Numbered from the stretch's first letter, positions 1 through 10,990 are shown. The stretch: 64,000 nucleotides of DNA from Halothiobacillus sp. (GCA_018623495.1 JAAZVP010000006.1:5353-69352); one strand, 5' to 3'. Notes: generated from the letters alone by a model not told the origin. Translations and numbers: made by a program.

Positions 1-577
1 CGCCCTTGGGAATCCGCCCGCCGAGACGCTGGAACTTGGAGGGATCGCGCAGGAAGTCCACCAGCTCGACGACCTCTTCCTTGGCCTCCTGGACCCCGGC
101 CACGTCGCCGAAGGTCACCTTGACCTGCTCCTCGGTCATCATCTTGGCCTTGCTCTTGCCGAAGGACATCGCCCCCCGGCCGCCGGCACCGCCCTGCATC
201 TGGCGCATGAAGAACAGCCAGATGCCGATCAGCAGGAAGAACGGGAACCACTGGATGAAGATGGTCAGCAGCAGCGACGGCTTCTCCGGCGGCTTGGCCC
301 GGATCTCCACGTCGTTGCCCAGCAGCTGGCCGATCATGGCCTTGTTGTCGGACTCGGGGGTATAGGTCTGGAAATGCCCGCCGGTGATCAGCCGGCCCTG
401 GATCTCCTTGCCCTCGATGACCACGCTGGCGACGTTGCCGGCCTCGACCTTGTCGAGGAACTCGGAATACGGCATGGCCTGGTCGGTGGGTGCGCGGGTG
501 CCGAAGCTGTTGAACACGGTCATCAGGATCACCGCGATCACCACCCACAGAATGATGTTCTTCGCCAGATCGTTCAA
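1..577 (-). CDS. ftsH: ATP-dependent zinc metalloprotease FtsH, N-terminal part (3' end runs off the window)
   Basis: Not in the ORF track because it is open to the window edge. Minus-strand translation from TTG at 577 (AGAGG 7 nt upstream) reads NDLAKNIILWVVIAVILMTVFNSF...IFIQWFPFFLLIGIWLFFMRQMQGG...FGDVAGVQEAKEEVVELVDFLRDPSKFQRLGGRIPKG, i.e. TM1, periplasmic loop, TM2 and the start of the AAA module. It lies directly downstream of rlmE, the usual synteny. Confidence 0.85.
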   Translation of the reverse strand, partial: MNDLAKNIILWVVIAVILMTVFNSFGTRAPTDQAMPYSEFLDKVEAGNVASVVIEGKEIQGRLITGGHFQTYTPESDNKAMIGQLLGNDVEIRAKPPEKPSLLLTIFIQWFPFFLLIGIWLFFMRQMQGGAGGRGAMSFGKSKAKMMTEEQVKVTFGDVAGVQEAKEEVVELVDFLRDPSKFQRLGGRIPKG

Positions 578-628
578 AGCGCTACCTCTTGCGATCTTTC
601 GCTCGGATTACACTGGATTTTGACGGTA

Positions 629-1255
629 CTACACACGATGGTTCCTGGCTACCGCGTAAACCTCGCGGCTACGGTCCCGGGAGGCGCTCGGCTTGCGCAT
701 CGCCACCTTGCCGAAGTCGGCGCGAAGCGCCTTGAGAAAGGGGTCGAAGCCCTCGCCCTGGAAGAGCTTGACCACCAGGCTCCCGCCGCCGGCGAGCACG
801 TCGTCGGCAAGCGCCTTGGCCAGCTCGGCGAGATCCATCGCCCGGGGCTGGTCCACCGAGTCCACGCCACTGAAGTTGGGGGCCATGTCCGAGAGCACGA
901 TGTCCACCGGCCGGCCGTCGAGCGCTTCCATCAGCGCCGCGAGCGCATCGTCCTCGCGGAAATCGCCCTGCAGGAGGGTAACCCCCGGCAAGGGCTCGAT
1001 CTCGAGCAGGTCCAGGGCGATCACCAGGCCCTTCCGGCCCACCCGCTCCGCGGCATACTGCGACCAGCCCCCGGGGGCGGCGCCGAGATCCACCACGGTC
1101 ATGCCCGGCCTGATCAGCCGCTCCTTGCGATCGATCTCGGCGAGCTTGTAGACGGCGCGCGAGCGATAGCCGTCGCGCTGCGAACGCTGCACGTACTCGT
1201 CGTCGAAATGCTCTCGCAGCCAGCGGCGGCTGCTCTTGCTTCTGCTCTTGCCCAT
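629..1255 (-). CDS. rlmE: 23S rRNA (uridine2552-2'-O)-methyltransferase RlmE/FtsJ
   Basis: The frame 629..1312 contains [67 protein letters not shown]..., the FtsJ SAM-binding motif. Start taken at the MGKS ATG (1255). Sits upstream of ftsH. Confidence 0.93.
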   Translation of the reverse strand: MGKSRSKSSRRWLREHFDDEYVQRSQRDGYRSRAVYKLAEIDRKERLIRPGMTVVDLGAAPGGWSQYAAERVGRKGLVIALDLLEIEPLPGVTLLQGDFREDDALAALMEALDGRPVDIVLSDMAPNFSGVDSVDQPRAMDLAELAKALADDVLAGGGSLVVKLFQGEGFDPFLKALRADFGKVAMRKPSASRDRSREVYAVARNHRV

Positions 1256-1380
1256 GGTTTCCTGGCGTTCGCTCGTACTCGCCGGACCGGTTGGAGGCCC
1301 CGGCGGCGACAAAGTTCGTCCGCCGCAACGACAAAAGGGCCGCCCTGGGGCGGCCCGCTGCGCTGCCGGCGAACGGCCGG

Positions 1381-1842
1381 TCAGTGGTGATGGTGGTGCA
1401 TGTGGCCGCCCATGGCGCCCCGCTTGCGCACCTCGGCCTCGACAACCACCGGCGGGTGATCGGCGAAGTTCAGCGTCACCGGCACGGTATCGCCGGCCGT
1501 GGGACGCTCCTGCACGCCGATCAGCATGATGTGGTAGCCGCCCGGGGCCAGCACCCGCTCGCCGCCGGCGGGCACGGTGATCCGCTCCTGCTTGATCATC
1601 TTGGCCAGCCCGTCCTGCATCTTCGAAAGGTGCAACTCCACCCGCTCGAAGCCGGGCGCATCGGCCGAGCGGATCACCCGCTCCCGCTCGCCGTGGTTCA
1701 CCAGCGTCATGTAGGCCGCCAGCACGCGCGCATTCGGTGGTGCCTCGGGCACCCAGGCGTCACGCACCTCCAGCCCCGCCGGGTCGCCCGCCTGCACGGG
1801 CAGGGCGATGGCCAGCAACAATACCGCGAACAGTCTTTTCAT
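1381..1842 (-). CDS. Periplasmic copper chaperone PCu(A)C (DUF461) with a C-terminal His-rich tail
   Basis: Signal peptide [19 protein letters not shown]. Also [10 protein letters not shown]...VELH...M...GGYHIMLIG (the H(M)X10MX21HXM-type Cu site region). Ends GGHMHHHHH. Adjacent to an SCO gene. Confidence 0.85.
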   Translation of the reverse strand: MKRLFAVLLLAIALPVQAGDPAGLEVRDAWVPEAPPNARVLAAYMTLVNHGERERVIRSADAPGFERVELHLSKMQDGLAKMIKQERITVPAGGERVLAPGGYHIMLIGVQERPTAGDTVPVTLNFADHPPVVVEAEVRKRGAMGGHMHHHHH

Positions 1843-1845
1843 GGT

Positions 1846-2547
1846 TCAGCCCTCCGCTGCCTGGATGACCTGCCGGTAGGCATCGGCCATCTTCTCGGGA
1901 TCGTGGGGCGCGGGAAACACCGCCCGCAGCCGCGCACTGGGATCGATCAGAAGGATCGAGGAATAGTGGTTGATGAGATAGGCGTCCTCCATGTCCGCCT
2001 CGTCCATGCCCGGCACCGGCACCTTCTCCCAGCCCACGCCCAGCGGGCCGGCTAGCTCGCGCAACACCTCCGGGTCGGCGGTCGCACCACGGATGTGGGA
2101 GTCGAAGTAGCGCACGTACTCGCCGATGCTCTCGGGGGTATCGCGCCCGGGGTCCACCGACACGAACACCATCTGCGGCGGCTCGATCCCCGGCGCCTCG
2201 CGCAACAACCGGGCCAGCCGGGCCAGCGCCGAGAGCTCCACGGGGCAGATGTCGGGGCAGTGGGTGTAGCCGAAGTACAGAAGCGACCACCCGCCCTGGA
2301 AATCCCGCCGCCCCAGGGGCTCCCCGCGGGTGTCGGTGAGGGTGACGGCGGGCAGCGGCACCGGCCGCGGCTCGAACTGGAGCACCAGCGGCTCCACTGC
2401 CACGCGCTCGGCCAGCGGGCGGGTCTCGCCGCCGAAGCGGGCGACCGCGAGGACCACCATCACCGCCACCATCGCCAGGATCAGGGCGATGACCGGCGCG
2501 GCCAGCCCGCGCTGCCGGGCGCCGACGGGAAGATGCTTGTCGTGCAT
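1846..2547 (-). CDS. SCO1/SenC family copper-binding thioredoxin-fold protein
   Basis: N-terminal TM segment, FGYTHCPDICP (CxxxC motif) and a downstream His. Only 3 nt upstream of the PCuAC gene. Confidence 0.88.
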   Translation of the reverse strand: MHDKHLPVGARQRGLAAPVIALILAMVAVMVVLAVARFGGETRPLAERVAVEPLVLQFEPRPVPLPAVTLTDTRGEPLGRRDFQGGWSLLYFGYTHCPDICPVELSALARLARLLREAPGIEPPQMVFVSVDPGRDTPESIGEYVRYFDSHIRGATADPEVLRELAGPLGVGWEKVPVPGMDEADMEDAYLINHYSSILLIDPSARLRAVFPAPHDPEKMADAYRQVIQAAEG

Positions 2548-2700
2548 GCTCGGGTCTCGTCAATAAGCCGAATTTATGCGTGAAGTATAGGGGCGCCTTG
2601 CGAGCGCCCGCAATCGGTCATTTCACACACCCCCGGCTTGCACCAATCCCGTGCCGGACGGACAATACGGGGCTTTCCCAGCACGCGAGACCGACTCCCG

Positions 2701-2994
2701 ATGGCCCTGACCAACCCCCAGCGCAAGTTCCTCCGCGGTATCGCTCAGCAGATGCGCCCGGTCGTCATGGTCGGCCAGCACGGCCTCACCGAGTCGGTGC
2801 TCGAGGAGCTGGAGATCGCCGTGGACCACCACGAGCTGGTCAAGGTCAAGATCGCCGGTGCCGACCGGGAGGCCCGGCGCGCCATGATCGAGCGCATGTG
2901 CGAGTACACCGGCGCCGAGCTGGTCCACAGCATCGGCCACACGGCCACCCTCTTCCGCCAGCACCCCGAGAAGTCCGACTTCGAGCTGGACTGA
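2701..2994 (+). CDS. yhbY: Ribosome assembly RNA-binding protein YhbY (CRM domain)
   Basis: MALTNPQRKFLRGIAQQMRPVVMVGQHGLTESVLEELEIAVDHHELVKVKI... Start taken at ATG 2701 inside ORF 2638..2994. Confidence 0.88.
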   Translation: MALTNPQRKFLRGIAQQMRPVVMVGQHGLTESVLEELEIAVDHHELVKVKIAGADREARRAMIERMCEYTGAELVHSIGHTATLFRQHPEKSDFELD

Positions 2995-3004
2995 CGGTCA
3001 CGGC

Positions 3005-3700
3005 ATGCCCGTCTACGAGCTCGACCCGCTGGACCCGGCCCAGGGCTTTCCCGACCCCGAGCTCGCCCTCGACGAACCCAACGGCCTGCTGGCCCTGGGG
3101 GGCGACCTGTCCACCCCCCGGCTGCTCAACGCCTACGCCGCGGGCATCTTCCCCTGGTACGCCGAGGGGCAGCCGATCCTCTGGTGGTCCCCGGACCCGC
3201 GCACGGTGCTCACGCCCGGGACCCTGCACGTCTCCCGCCGCCTGGCCCGGACCCTGCGCCGGGGCCGCTTCGAGGTGACCGCCAACCGCGCCTTCGACGC
3301 GGTGATCGAGGCCTGCAGCGCCCCGCGCGCGGGCCAGGACGGCACCTGGCTGCTGCCGGAGATGCGCGCCGCCTACCGCCTGCTGCACCGCCACGGCCAC
3401 GCCGCCTCGGTGGAATGCTGGCACGAGGGCGAACTCGCCGGCGGCGTCTACGGCGTCCAGCTTGGCCGGGTGTTTTTCGGCGAGTCCATGTTCACCCGCG
3501 TCACCGACGCCTCCAAGGTGGCCCTCGTCCACCTGCTGCGCGAACAGGTGGCCGGCCCCGTGGAGCTGCTCGACTGCCAGGTCGCCTCCGGCCACCTGCA
3601 CCGACTGGGCGCCTTCGAACTGCCCCGCACCGAGTTCCTGGGCCGGCTTGCCGCCCTGCTTCCCCGGGGGATCGACCGCCCGCCGTGGCACGGCAATTAA
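3005..3700 (+). CDS. aat: Leucyl/phenylalanyl-tRNA--protein transferase
   Basis: GLLALGGDLSTPRLLNAYAAGIFPWY...PILWWSPDPR...ECWHEGELAGGVYGVQLGRVFFGESMF, typical Aat motifs. Confidence 0.92.
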   Translation: MPVYELDPLDPAQGFPDPELALDEPNGLLALGGDLSTPRLLNAYAAGIFPWYAEGQPILWWSPDPRTVLTPGTLHVSRRLARTLRRGRFEVTANRAFDAVIEACSAPRAGQDGTWLLPEMRAAYRLLHRHGHAASVECWHEGELAGGVYGVQLGRVFFGESMFTRVTDASKVALVHLLREQVAGPVELLDCQVASGHLHRLGAFELPRTEFLGRLAALLPRGIDRPPWHGN

Positions 3701-3742
3701 TATTTTATTAATATGCCGATAACTCCAATTGATCGTTATCGG
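3696..3742. promoter_or_regulatory. Two adjacent perfect inverted repeats in an AT-rich island upstream of the Tat-SQR gene
   Basis: ATTAATA-TTT-TATTAAT (3696..3712) overlaps the aat stop codon. CCGATAAC-N11-GTTATCGG (3716..3742) has a loop containing CAATTG. This is the only strongly AT-rich stretch for several kb. Confidence 0.4.
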
Positions 3743-3748
3743 ACTGCC

Positions 3749-5116
3749 ATGAGCGAACAGCGCAAGCACCCCCAGACCCCCGGAACCCCGGAAAACCCCG
3801 ACCGCCGCGATTTCCTCAAGGGCCTCGGCCTCGCCGGTGGTGCCGCCGTCACCGGCGCGGGCGGCCTGGGCTACCCCGAGGACAGCCGTGCCGCGGTCGA
3901 GACCCGGGCCCGCATCGTGATCGTCGGCGGGGGCGCCGGGGGCATCACCGCCGCCGCCAAGCTCGCCCGCTGGCTCGACGGGGCACGGATCACCGTGATC
4001 GAGCCTCGGGCCACGCACCGCTACCAGCCCGGCTGGGTGTTCGTGGGCGCGGGCATCATGGACAAGGAGGAGACGATCGACCGCCGCACCGGCGAGCTGC
4101 TCCCCGACGACATCGACTGGCGCCAGACGAGCGTGGCCGAGTTCGACCCGGACAACGATGCCCTGACCACCGACGACGGCGAGCGCATCGACTACGACTA
4201 CCTGCTGGTGGCCACCGGCTGCCAGCTCAATTATGCCGACATCGACGGCCTGAGCCGCGACGACCTCGGCCGCGACGGCATCACCAGCGTCTACGCCGGT
4301 GCCGACCAGGCCGAGGCCATGTGGCAGGCCATGCAGCGCTTCGTCGAGAACGGCGGTCGCGGCGTGTTCACCAAGCCGGCCACCCCCCTCAAGTGCGCCG
4401 GCGCACCGCTGAAGATGGCCTACCTCACCGAGTCCCGGCTGGTCGAGGCCGGCCGGCGCGAGGCGGCCGAACTGGTCTACCACACCCCCGACCGGACGCT
4501 CTTCTCGGTGCCCGAGATCGCCGACCTGGCCGCGCGCCGTTTCCGCGAGAAGTCCATCGACTTCGACTACGGCTACACCCTCACCGCGGTAGACAAGGCC
4601 CGCCGGACCGCCACCTTCACGGGGCCGGACGGCACCCTCGAGGAGGCCTACGACTTCCTCCACGTGGTCCCGCCCATGAGCGCCCCCGACGCCGTGCGCG
4701 ACAGCGCCCTCGCCTGGCAGACCGGCGACCTGGCCGCCGGCGGCTGGCTGGAGGTGGACAAGGTCACCCTCCAGCACAAGCGCTACCCCAACGTCTTCGG
4801 CGCCGGCGACGTCAACGGCATCCCCATGGGCAAGACCGCTGCCAGCGTGAAGTTCCAGGCCCCCATCGCCGCCCGGCACATCGTCAACCTGATCGAGGAC
4901 CGCGCCTTCGAGGAACGCTACAACGGCTACACCTCCTGCCCGCTGGTCACCGGCATCGGCAAGGCCGCCCTGGTGGAGTTCAACTACCAGGCCGAGCTGA
5001 TCCCCACCATCCCGTTCATGGATCCCACCAAGGACAAGGGCATCTGGTGGCTGATGGACCTCTACATGATGAAGCCGTACTACATGCAGATGCTCAAGGG
5101 CCGGATCCCCGCCTGA
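3749..5116 (+). CDS. Type II (SQOR-like) sulfide:quinone oxidoreductase family flavoprotein with a twin-arginine signal
   Basis: Tat motif DRRDFLKGLGLAGGAAVTGAG. FAD Rossmann motif RIVIVGGGAGGITAAAKLA. PLKCAGAPLKMAY and YNGYTSCPLVTGIGKAALVEFNYQAELIPTIPFMDP... match, as I recall it, the human SQOR C-terminal region including both redox Cys. Start taken at ATG 3749; ORF 3713 is an alternative. Confidence 0.75.
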   Translation: MSEQRKHPQTPGTPENPDRRDFLKGLGLAGGAAVTGAGGLGYPEDSRAAVETRARIVIVGGGAGGITAAAKLARWLDGARITVIEPRATHRYQPGWVFVGAGIMDKEETIDRRTGELLPDDIDWRQTSVAEFDPDNDALTTDDGERIDYDYLLVATGCQLNYADIDGLSRDDLGRDGITSVYAGADQAEAMWQAMQRFVENGGRGVFTKPATPLKCAGAPLKMAYLTESRLVEAGRREAAELVYHTPDRTLFSVPEIADLAARRFREKSIDFDYGYTLTAVDKARRTATFTGPDGTLEEAYDFLHVVPPMSAPDAVRDSALAWQTGDLAAGGWLEVDKVTLQHKRYPNVFGAGDVNGIPMGKTAASVKFQAPIAARHIVNLIEDRAFEERYNGYTSCPLVTGIGKAALVEFNYQAELIPTIPFMDPTKDKGIWWLMDLYMMKPYYMQMLKGRIPA

Positions 5117-5165
5117 GCCGGCCGGCCCCGGTGTCCTGATTAGACCCATTTATGGGCCCCATGCA

Positions 5166-5189
5166 CCCCTGATATTTTCGGGGGTTTTT
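5166..5189 (+). terminator. Candidate intrinsic terminator after the Tat-SQR gene
   Basis: CCCCTG-ATATTTT-CGGGGG stem (one G-U pair) followed by TTTTT. Confidence 0.45.
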
Positions 5190-5191
5190 CT

Positions 5192-6608
<1,417 letters not shown>

Positions 6609-6634
6609 CCCGGCCGAACCGACGCCGACCGACC

Positions 6635-6660
6635 AGGGCGCCCACCGGGCGCCCTTTTTG
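6635..6660 (+). terminator. Intrinsic terminator after sqr
   Basis: AGGGCGCC-loop-GGCGCCCT followed by TTTTT. Confidence 0.7.
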
Positions 6661-6779
6661 GTTCCAGTCCCCGTGGCCCGGCCGCGCGCCGGGACCCGCC
6701 ACCTCCCGTTTCACCCCGGCGTCCTCCGCGCCTTCGCGAGAGCCCGGGCACCGGCCAGGCACCGCGCCGGGGCCGGGCA

Positions 6780-7838
6780 TCAGCCTCTCTCTTCCACCAG
6801 CTCCGCGAGTACCGCGGTGGCGAAGCAGCCGGCGGGCAGGTCGAAGGCCAGCCAGAGGTCGTCCTCCGCCCAACCCCATTCCAGCTCCCCGGGCCGCAGG
6901 CGCAGGGCGCGTCGCTCCTGGTCCATCCCGGCGGCCTCGAGGCCGCGGGCGATTTCGGCCTCCGCCTCGGCCACCGCCCGTTCCAGGTCCCGGCACTCGC
7001 CGCGGCTCGGCAGCTCGCCGCGACCCCAGAGCGGGCCACTGGGGTGGATGTCGAAGCGGTCGAGGCGCTCGGCGATGGCGGGATCGCCCGCCTCGGGCAA
7101 AAAGAAGCTGCCACTGCCGTCGAGCACGAAGGCCTCGCCCTCCAGGGGACGATCCCAGCAATCGCGGGCCACCCGCTCGGCCAGCACCCGGTTGAACAGC
7201 CAGCTGCGTGCCGCGGACAGGTGGATGCCCCGCTGCGAGCGCCGGGGGTGCCAGTCCCCGGCGAACATCGCCCGCGCGCGGGCAAGATTGGCCCCGCCCC
7301 GGCCGAAGCGCTGGGGGCCGAAGTAGTTGGGCACCCCGCGCCGGGACACGGAATCGAGCACGGCCTCGGCCCGCTGCCGGTCGCCGTCCACCTCGCGCAC
7401 CCACAGCCGGAAGCGGTTGCCCGCCAGGGCCCCGTGCTTGAGCTTGCGGGTGTGGCGCCGGCGGTCGATCACCGCGAAGCCCTCGCCCGCGAGGCTGTCG
7501 GCCTCCGGCAGTGCCCGGGCGATCGGCCACGGTGCCGAGAACCACTGGCCGGTGACGGCATGGCGATCCTTGAGCCCGGCATAGCCGATGTCCCGCAGCC
7601 GGCAACCCAGCCTTTCGGCCAGGCGGCGGGCCACCCAGTCGGTGTTCTGGCCGCGCTTCTCCACCCACAACCAGAGGTGCTCGCCCTCGCCCACCGGGTC
7701 CTGCCCCGGCCGTTCGACCACGCGGAAATCCTCGGGCTGCCGGCGCAGCACGCCGCTGAGCGGCGGCCCGCCGAAGGCCGCCGGCCCCGTGAGCGAACCC
7801 CCGGCCCTGTCACTGGTCCCAGAACCTGTCATGCCCAC
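6780..7838 (-). CDS. truD: tRNA pseudouridine(13) synthase TruD
   Basis: PEDFRVVE...GEGEHLWLWVEKRGQNTDWVARRLA...GYAGLKDRHAVTGQWFS...PNYFGPQRFG. Exact start uncertain (ATG 7838 or 7832). Confidence 0.9.
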   Translation of the reverse strand: MGMTGSGTSDRAGGSLTGPAAFGGPPLSGVLRRQPEDFRVVERPGQDPVGEGEHLWLWVEKRGQNTDWVARRLAERLGCRLRDIGYAGLKDRHAVTGQWFSAPWPIARALPEADSLAGEGFAVIDRRRHTRKLKHGALAGNRFRLWVREVDGDRQRAEAVLDSVSRRGVPNYFGPQRFGRGGANLARARAMFAGDWHPRRSQRGIHLSAARSWLFNRVLAERVARDCWDRPLEGEAFVLDGSGSFFLPEAGDPAIAERLDRFDIHPSGPLWGRGELPSRGECRDLERAVAEAEAEIARGLEAAGMDQERRALRLRPGELEWGWAEDDLWLAFDLPAGCFATAVLAELVEERG

Positions 7839-7888
7839 CTCCTGGCTGCGTTATCATTCACCGTTCGACCCACGACCCGCGAGCATCG

Positions 7889-10027
7889 ATGCCCCCGGAG
7901 ACCGCCACCGACTGCCCGTCCCTCGTCCACGACCTGCGCGAGGCCAGTGATGCCGAGCGCGAAGCCTGCGCCGAGGCCTGCGCCCTGGCCGCCGCGACGG
8001 CGGACGACGACCCCCGCCTGCCCCGCGGCACCGCGGTGGCGCGCATCCTGGTGGACCTGGGGCTCGACGCCGAGGCGGTGACGGCCGCCCTGCTCGCCGA
8101 TCCCCGCCTGCGCGAGACCCCGGAACGCGCCCGGCTGCTGGAACGGCTCGGCGGCACCATCCCGGAGATGGTGGCCGCGGTGGACCGGCTCAACAACTTC
8201 CGCGACTACGACGAGGCCGCGGCGACCCCCGAGCAGACCGAGCGGATGCGCCGCCTGCTGCTGTCGATGACCAGCGACCTGCGGGTGATGCTGATCAAGC
8301 TCGCCTACCGCCTGGAACGCCTGCGCGTGCTGCCGGCCGACGACTTCGAGATCCGCAAGCGGGTGGCACGCGAGACCCTCGACCTCTACGCCCCGCTGGC
8401 CAACCGCCTGGGCGTGGCCCAGCTCAAGTGGGAACTGGAGGACCTGGCCTTTCGCTACCTCGAACCGCAGACCTACCGGCGCATCGCCAGGCTGCTGGAT
8501 GCCAAGCGCGACGAGCGCGAGGCCTTCATCGGCGAGGTGATCGAGTCCCTCGAGACCACCATGGCCGAGGCCGGCATCGACTGCCGGATCAGCGGGCGCT
8601 CCAAGCACATCTTCAGCATCTGGAACAAGATGCGCCGCAAGCAGCTCGACTTCGACCAGCTCTTCGATCTCAGCGCGGTGCGCATCTACGTGGAACACAC
8701 CCGCGAGTGCTACGCCGCGCTGGGCGTGGTCCACAGCCTCTGGACACCGGTCAAGGGCGAGTTCGACGACTACATCGCCCAGCCCAAGCCCAACGGCTAC
8801 CAGTCACTGCACACCGCCGTCTTCGGCCCGGGCGGCAAGGTGGTCGAGATCCAGATCCGCACCCGGGCCATGCACGAGGCGGCCGAGTACGGCATCGCTT
8901 CCCACTGGCGCTACAAGGAAGGCGGGGGCAATGCCGACGCCGGCCTGGAGAACGCCATCGCCGGACTGCGCCGGCTGCTGGAGAACCCCGCCGAGCTGCC
9001 CGGCCACGCGGGCGCGGAGCTCGACCTCGACCGCATCTACGTGTTCACCCCCAGCGGCGAACTGATGGAGCTGCAGCGCGGCGCCACCCCGCTGGACTTC
9101 GCCTACGCCATCCACACCCAGGTGGGCCACGGCTGCCGCGGGGCCAAGGTCAACGGCCGCATCGTGCCGCTCACCCACGAGCTGCACACCGGCGACCGGG
9201 TGGAGATCCTGACGGAGAAGAACGGCGAGCCCCGGCGGAACTGGCTCAACCCGCATTTCGGCTACGTGCACACGGCCCGCGCGCGGACCAAGATCCGCAA
9301 CTGGTTCAACCACGTCGACCGTCGCGACAACATCCGCGAGGGGCGCCAGATCCTCGACCGCGAGCTGCGGCGGCTGGACCTGTCGCGCAAGCGCCTGCCG
9401 GCGATCCGCAGGGAGCTGGGCTGCGAGGACCCCGAGAAGCTCCACGAGGAACTCGGCCGCGGCAACATCGGCGTGGAGCAGATCGCCCGCGCCGCCCAGC
9501 GCCTGCTGGAGCCGGAAACCACCGGGACCGAGCGGCCCGCCCCGCCGACCACCGCGCAAACCCGCCGGCGCCCGGCCGGCGACGACGTGCACATCGAGGG
9601 GGTGGGCAACCTCAAGACGCAGATGGCCGGCTGCTGCAACCCGCTGCCCGGCGACCCCATCATCGGCTACATCACCCGCGGCAAGGGCGTCACCGTCCAC
9701 CGCCAGGACTGTCCCACCGTCCTGGCCATGCCCGAGTCCGAGCAGGCGCGGCTGATCCGCGTCGACTGGAGCGGCGAGGCGGCGACCACCTACCCCGTGG
9801 AGGTCGCCATCGAGGCCTTCGACCGCCAGGGCCTGCTGCGCGACATCACCAACCTGCTCTCGGGGGAAAAGGTCAACCTGGTCGCGGCCAACACCCGGAC
9901 CGAGAAGGCCGACCAGAGCGTGCGGATGACCCTGAAACTCGAGATTCGCGACCTCTCCCAGCTCTCGCGCGTGCTCGACCGCATCGAGCAACTGCCCAAC
10001 GTCGCCGACGCCCGCCGGCTGAAGTGA
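7889..10027 (+). CDS. relA: GTP pyrophosphokinase, RelA-type long RSH (degenerate hydrolase domain, synthetase, TGS, ACT)
   Basis: RVMLIKLAYRLERLR...LYAPLANRLGVAQLKWELEDLAFRYL...GRSKHIFSIWNKMRRK...DLSAVRIYV...YIAQPKPNGYQSLHTAV...EIQIRTRAMHEAAEYGIASHWRYKEG. C-terminal ACT region is present. Confidence 0.9.
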   Translation: MPPETATDCPSLVHDLREASDAEREACAEACALAAATADDDPRLPRGTAVARILVDLGLDAEAVTAALLADPRLRETPERARLLERLGGTIPEMVAAVDRLNNFRDYDEAAATPEQTERMRRLLLSMTSDLRVMLIKLAYRLERLRVLPADDFEIRKRVARETLDLYAPLANRLGVAQLKWELEDLAFRYLEPQTYRRIARLLDAKRDEREAFIGEVIESLETTMAEAGIDCRISGRSKHIFSIWNKMRRKQLDFDQLFDLSAVRIYVEHTRECYAALGVVHSLWTPVKGEFDDYIAQPKPNGYQSLHTAVFGPGGKVVEIQIRTRAMHEAAEYGIASHWRYKEGGGNADAGLENAIAGLRRLLENPAELPGHAGAELDLDRIYVFTPSGELMELQRGATPLDFAYAIHTQVGHGCRGAKVNGRIVPLTHELHTGDRVEILTEKNGEPRRNWLNPHFGYVHTARARTKIRNWFNHVDRRDNIREGRQILDRELRRLDLSRKRLPAIRRELGCEDPEKLHEELGRGNIGVEQIARAAQRLLEPETTGTERPAPPTTAQTRRRPAGDDVHIEGVGNLKTQMAGCCNPLPGDPIIGYITRGKGVTVHRQDCPTVLAMPESEQARLIRVDWSGEAATTYPVEVAIEAFDRQGLLRDITNLLSGEKVNLVAANTRTEKADQSVRMTLKLEIRDLSQLSRVLDRIEQLPNVADARRLK

Positions 10028-10096
10028 GCGCCGGCCGAGCGCGGGTCCTTGGCAGCGGCGAGCGCCGCGGGGGCTGCCGCCTGCAGGCATCGAGAC

Positions 10097-10114
10097 GCCC
10101 TTGCGCGCAAGGGC
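10097..10114. terminator. Perfect 18-bp palindrome between convergent relA and folD (no T tract)
   Basis: GCCCTTGCG|CGCAAGGGC. Confidence 0.35.
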
Positions 10115-10129
10115 CGCGGCGTGCCCCGG

Positions 10130-10990
10130 TTACGGGCTCGCCGTGCGCTCCAGGCAGGCCTCGAGGGTGTTGCGCATCAGCATCGCGCGGGTCATGGGGC
10201 CGACACCGCCGGGGACGGGCGTGATCGCGCCGGCCCGCTCGCGGGCCGTGTCGAACTCCACGTCGCCGGCCAGCGAGCCATCCTCCATGCGGTTGATGCC
10301 CACGTCGATCACCGTCGCCCCCGGCCGCACCCAGTCGCCGGGAATGAAACCCGGGCGACCCACGGCCACCACCAGCAAATCCGCCCGGCGGACGTGTTCC
10401 TCGAGGTCGCGGGTGAAGCGGTGGCAGACGGTGGCGGTGGCCCCGGCGAGAAGCAGCTCCAGGGCCATGGGCCGGCCGACGATGTTGGAGGCCCCGACCA
10501 CCACCGCCTCGGTGCCCTTCACCGGCAACCCGGCGTGCTCGAGCATGGTCATCACCCCGTAGGGCGTGCAGGGGCGCAGGCGCGGCATCCGGGCGCAGAG
10601 ACGGCCGATGTTGTAGGGATGGAAACCGTCCACGTCCTTGGCCGGGTCGATGCGCTCGATCACCGCCTCGGCATCGATGTGCGCCGGCAGGGGCAGCTGG
10701 ACGAGGATGCCGTCCACCGCGTCGTCCCCGTTGAGGGTGTCGATCAGCTCCAGCAGCTCGGCCTGCCCGGTGGCGTCGGGGAGATCAAAGGCGCGCGACT
10801 CGATGCCCACCTTGTCGCAGTCCTTGCGCTTGTGGGAGACATAGACCTGCGAGGCGGGATCCTCGCCCACCTGGATGACCGCCAGTCCCGGCCGCCGCCG
10901 GCCCGCCTCGACCAGCCCGGCGACCTCCGTGGCCACCGAGCCGTTGACCTCTGCCGCGATCTTGCGCCCGTCAATCAGTTGCGCGGTCAT
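10130..10990 (-). CDS. folD: Bifunctional methylenetetrahydrofolate dehydrogenase/cyclohydrolase
   Basis: [15 protein letters not shown]...[20 protein letters not shown]...HPYNIGRL...[18 protein letters not shown]...[12 protein letters not shown]. Confidence 0.95.
   Translation of the reverse strand: MTAQLIDGRKIAAEVNGSVATEVAGLVEAGRRRPGLAVIQVGEDPASQVYVSHKRKDCDKVGIESRAFDLPDATGQAELLELIDTLNGDDAVDGILVQLPLPAHIDAEAVIERIDPAKDVDGFHPYNIGRLCARMPRLRPCTPYGVMTMLEHAGLPVKGTEAVVVGASNIVGRPMALELLLAGATATVCHRFTRDLEEHVRRADLLVVAVGRPGFIPGDWVRPGATVIDVGINRMEDGSLAGDVEFDTARERAGAITPVPGGVGPMTRAMLMRNTLEACLERTASP

Noticed and set aside
3686-3703. Sigma-54 promoter (TGGCAC at 3686..3691)
   Set aside because: The -12 element 5 nt downstream reads TTAA rather than TTGC. 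With no conserved GC dinucleotide, it is probably a coincidence inside the aat 3' end.
3749-5116. Flavocytochrome c sulfide dehydrogenase flavoprotein (FccB) as the call for the Tat-signal flavoprotein
   Set aside because: No adjacent cytochrome c subunit gene is present. The C-terminal region (YNGYTSCPLVTG...EFNY...) matches the SQOR/type II SQR pattern I recall rather than FccB. Kept as type II SQR-like with reduced confidence.
2846-5149. 767-aa minus-strand ORF, and similar very long ORFs such as 51864..56120 (+, 1418 aa), 22808..24688 (-), 7829..8734 (-) and most of 58753..62154 (+)
   Set aside because: They lie antisense to, or out of frame with, genes that have clear conserved motifs. 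Their translations are Gly/Arg/Ala/Pro-rich with no recognisable motifs. This is typical of stop-codon-poor shadow frames in high-GC DNA. Only the 3' third of 58753..62154 is real (kdsD from 61183).
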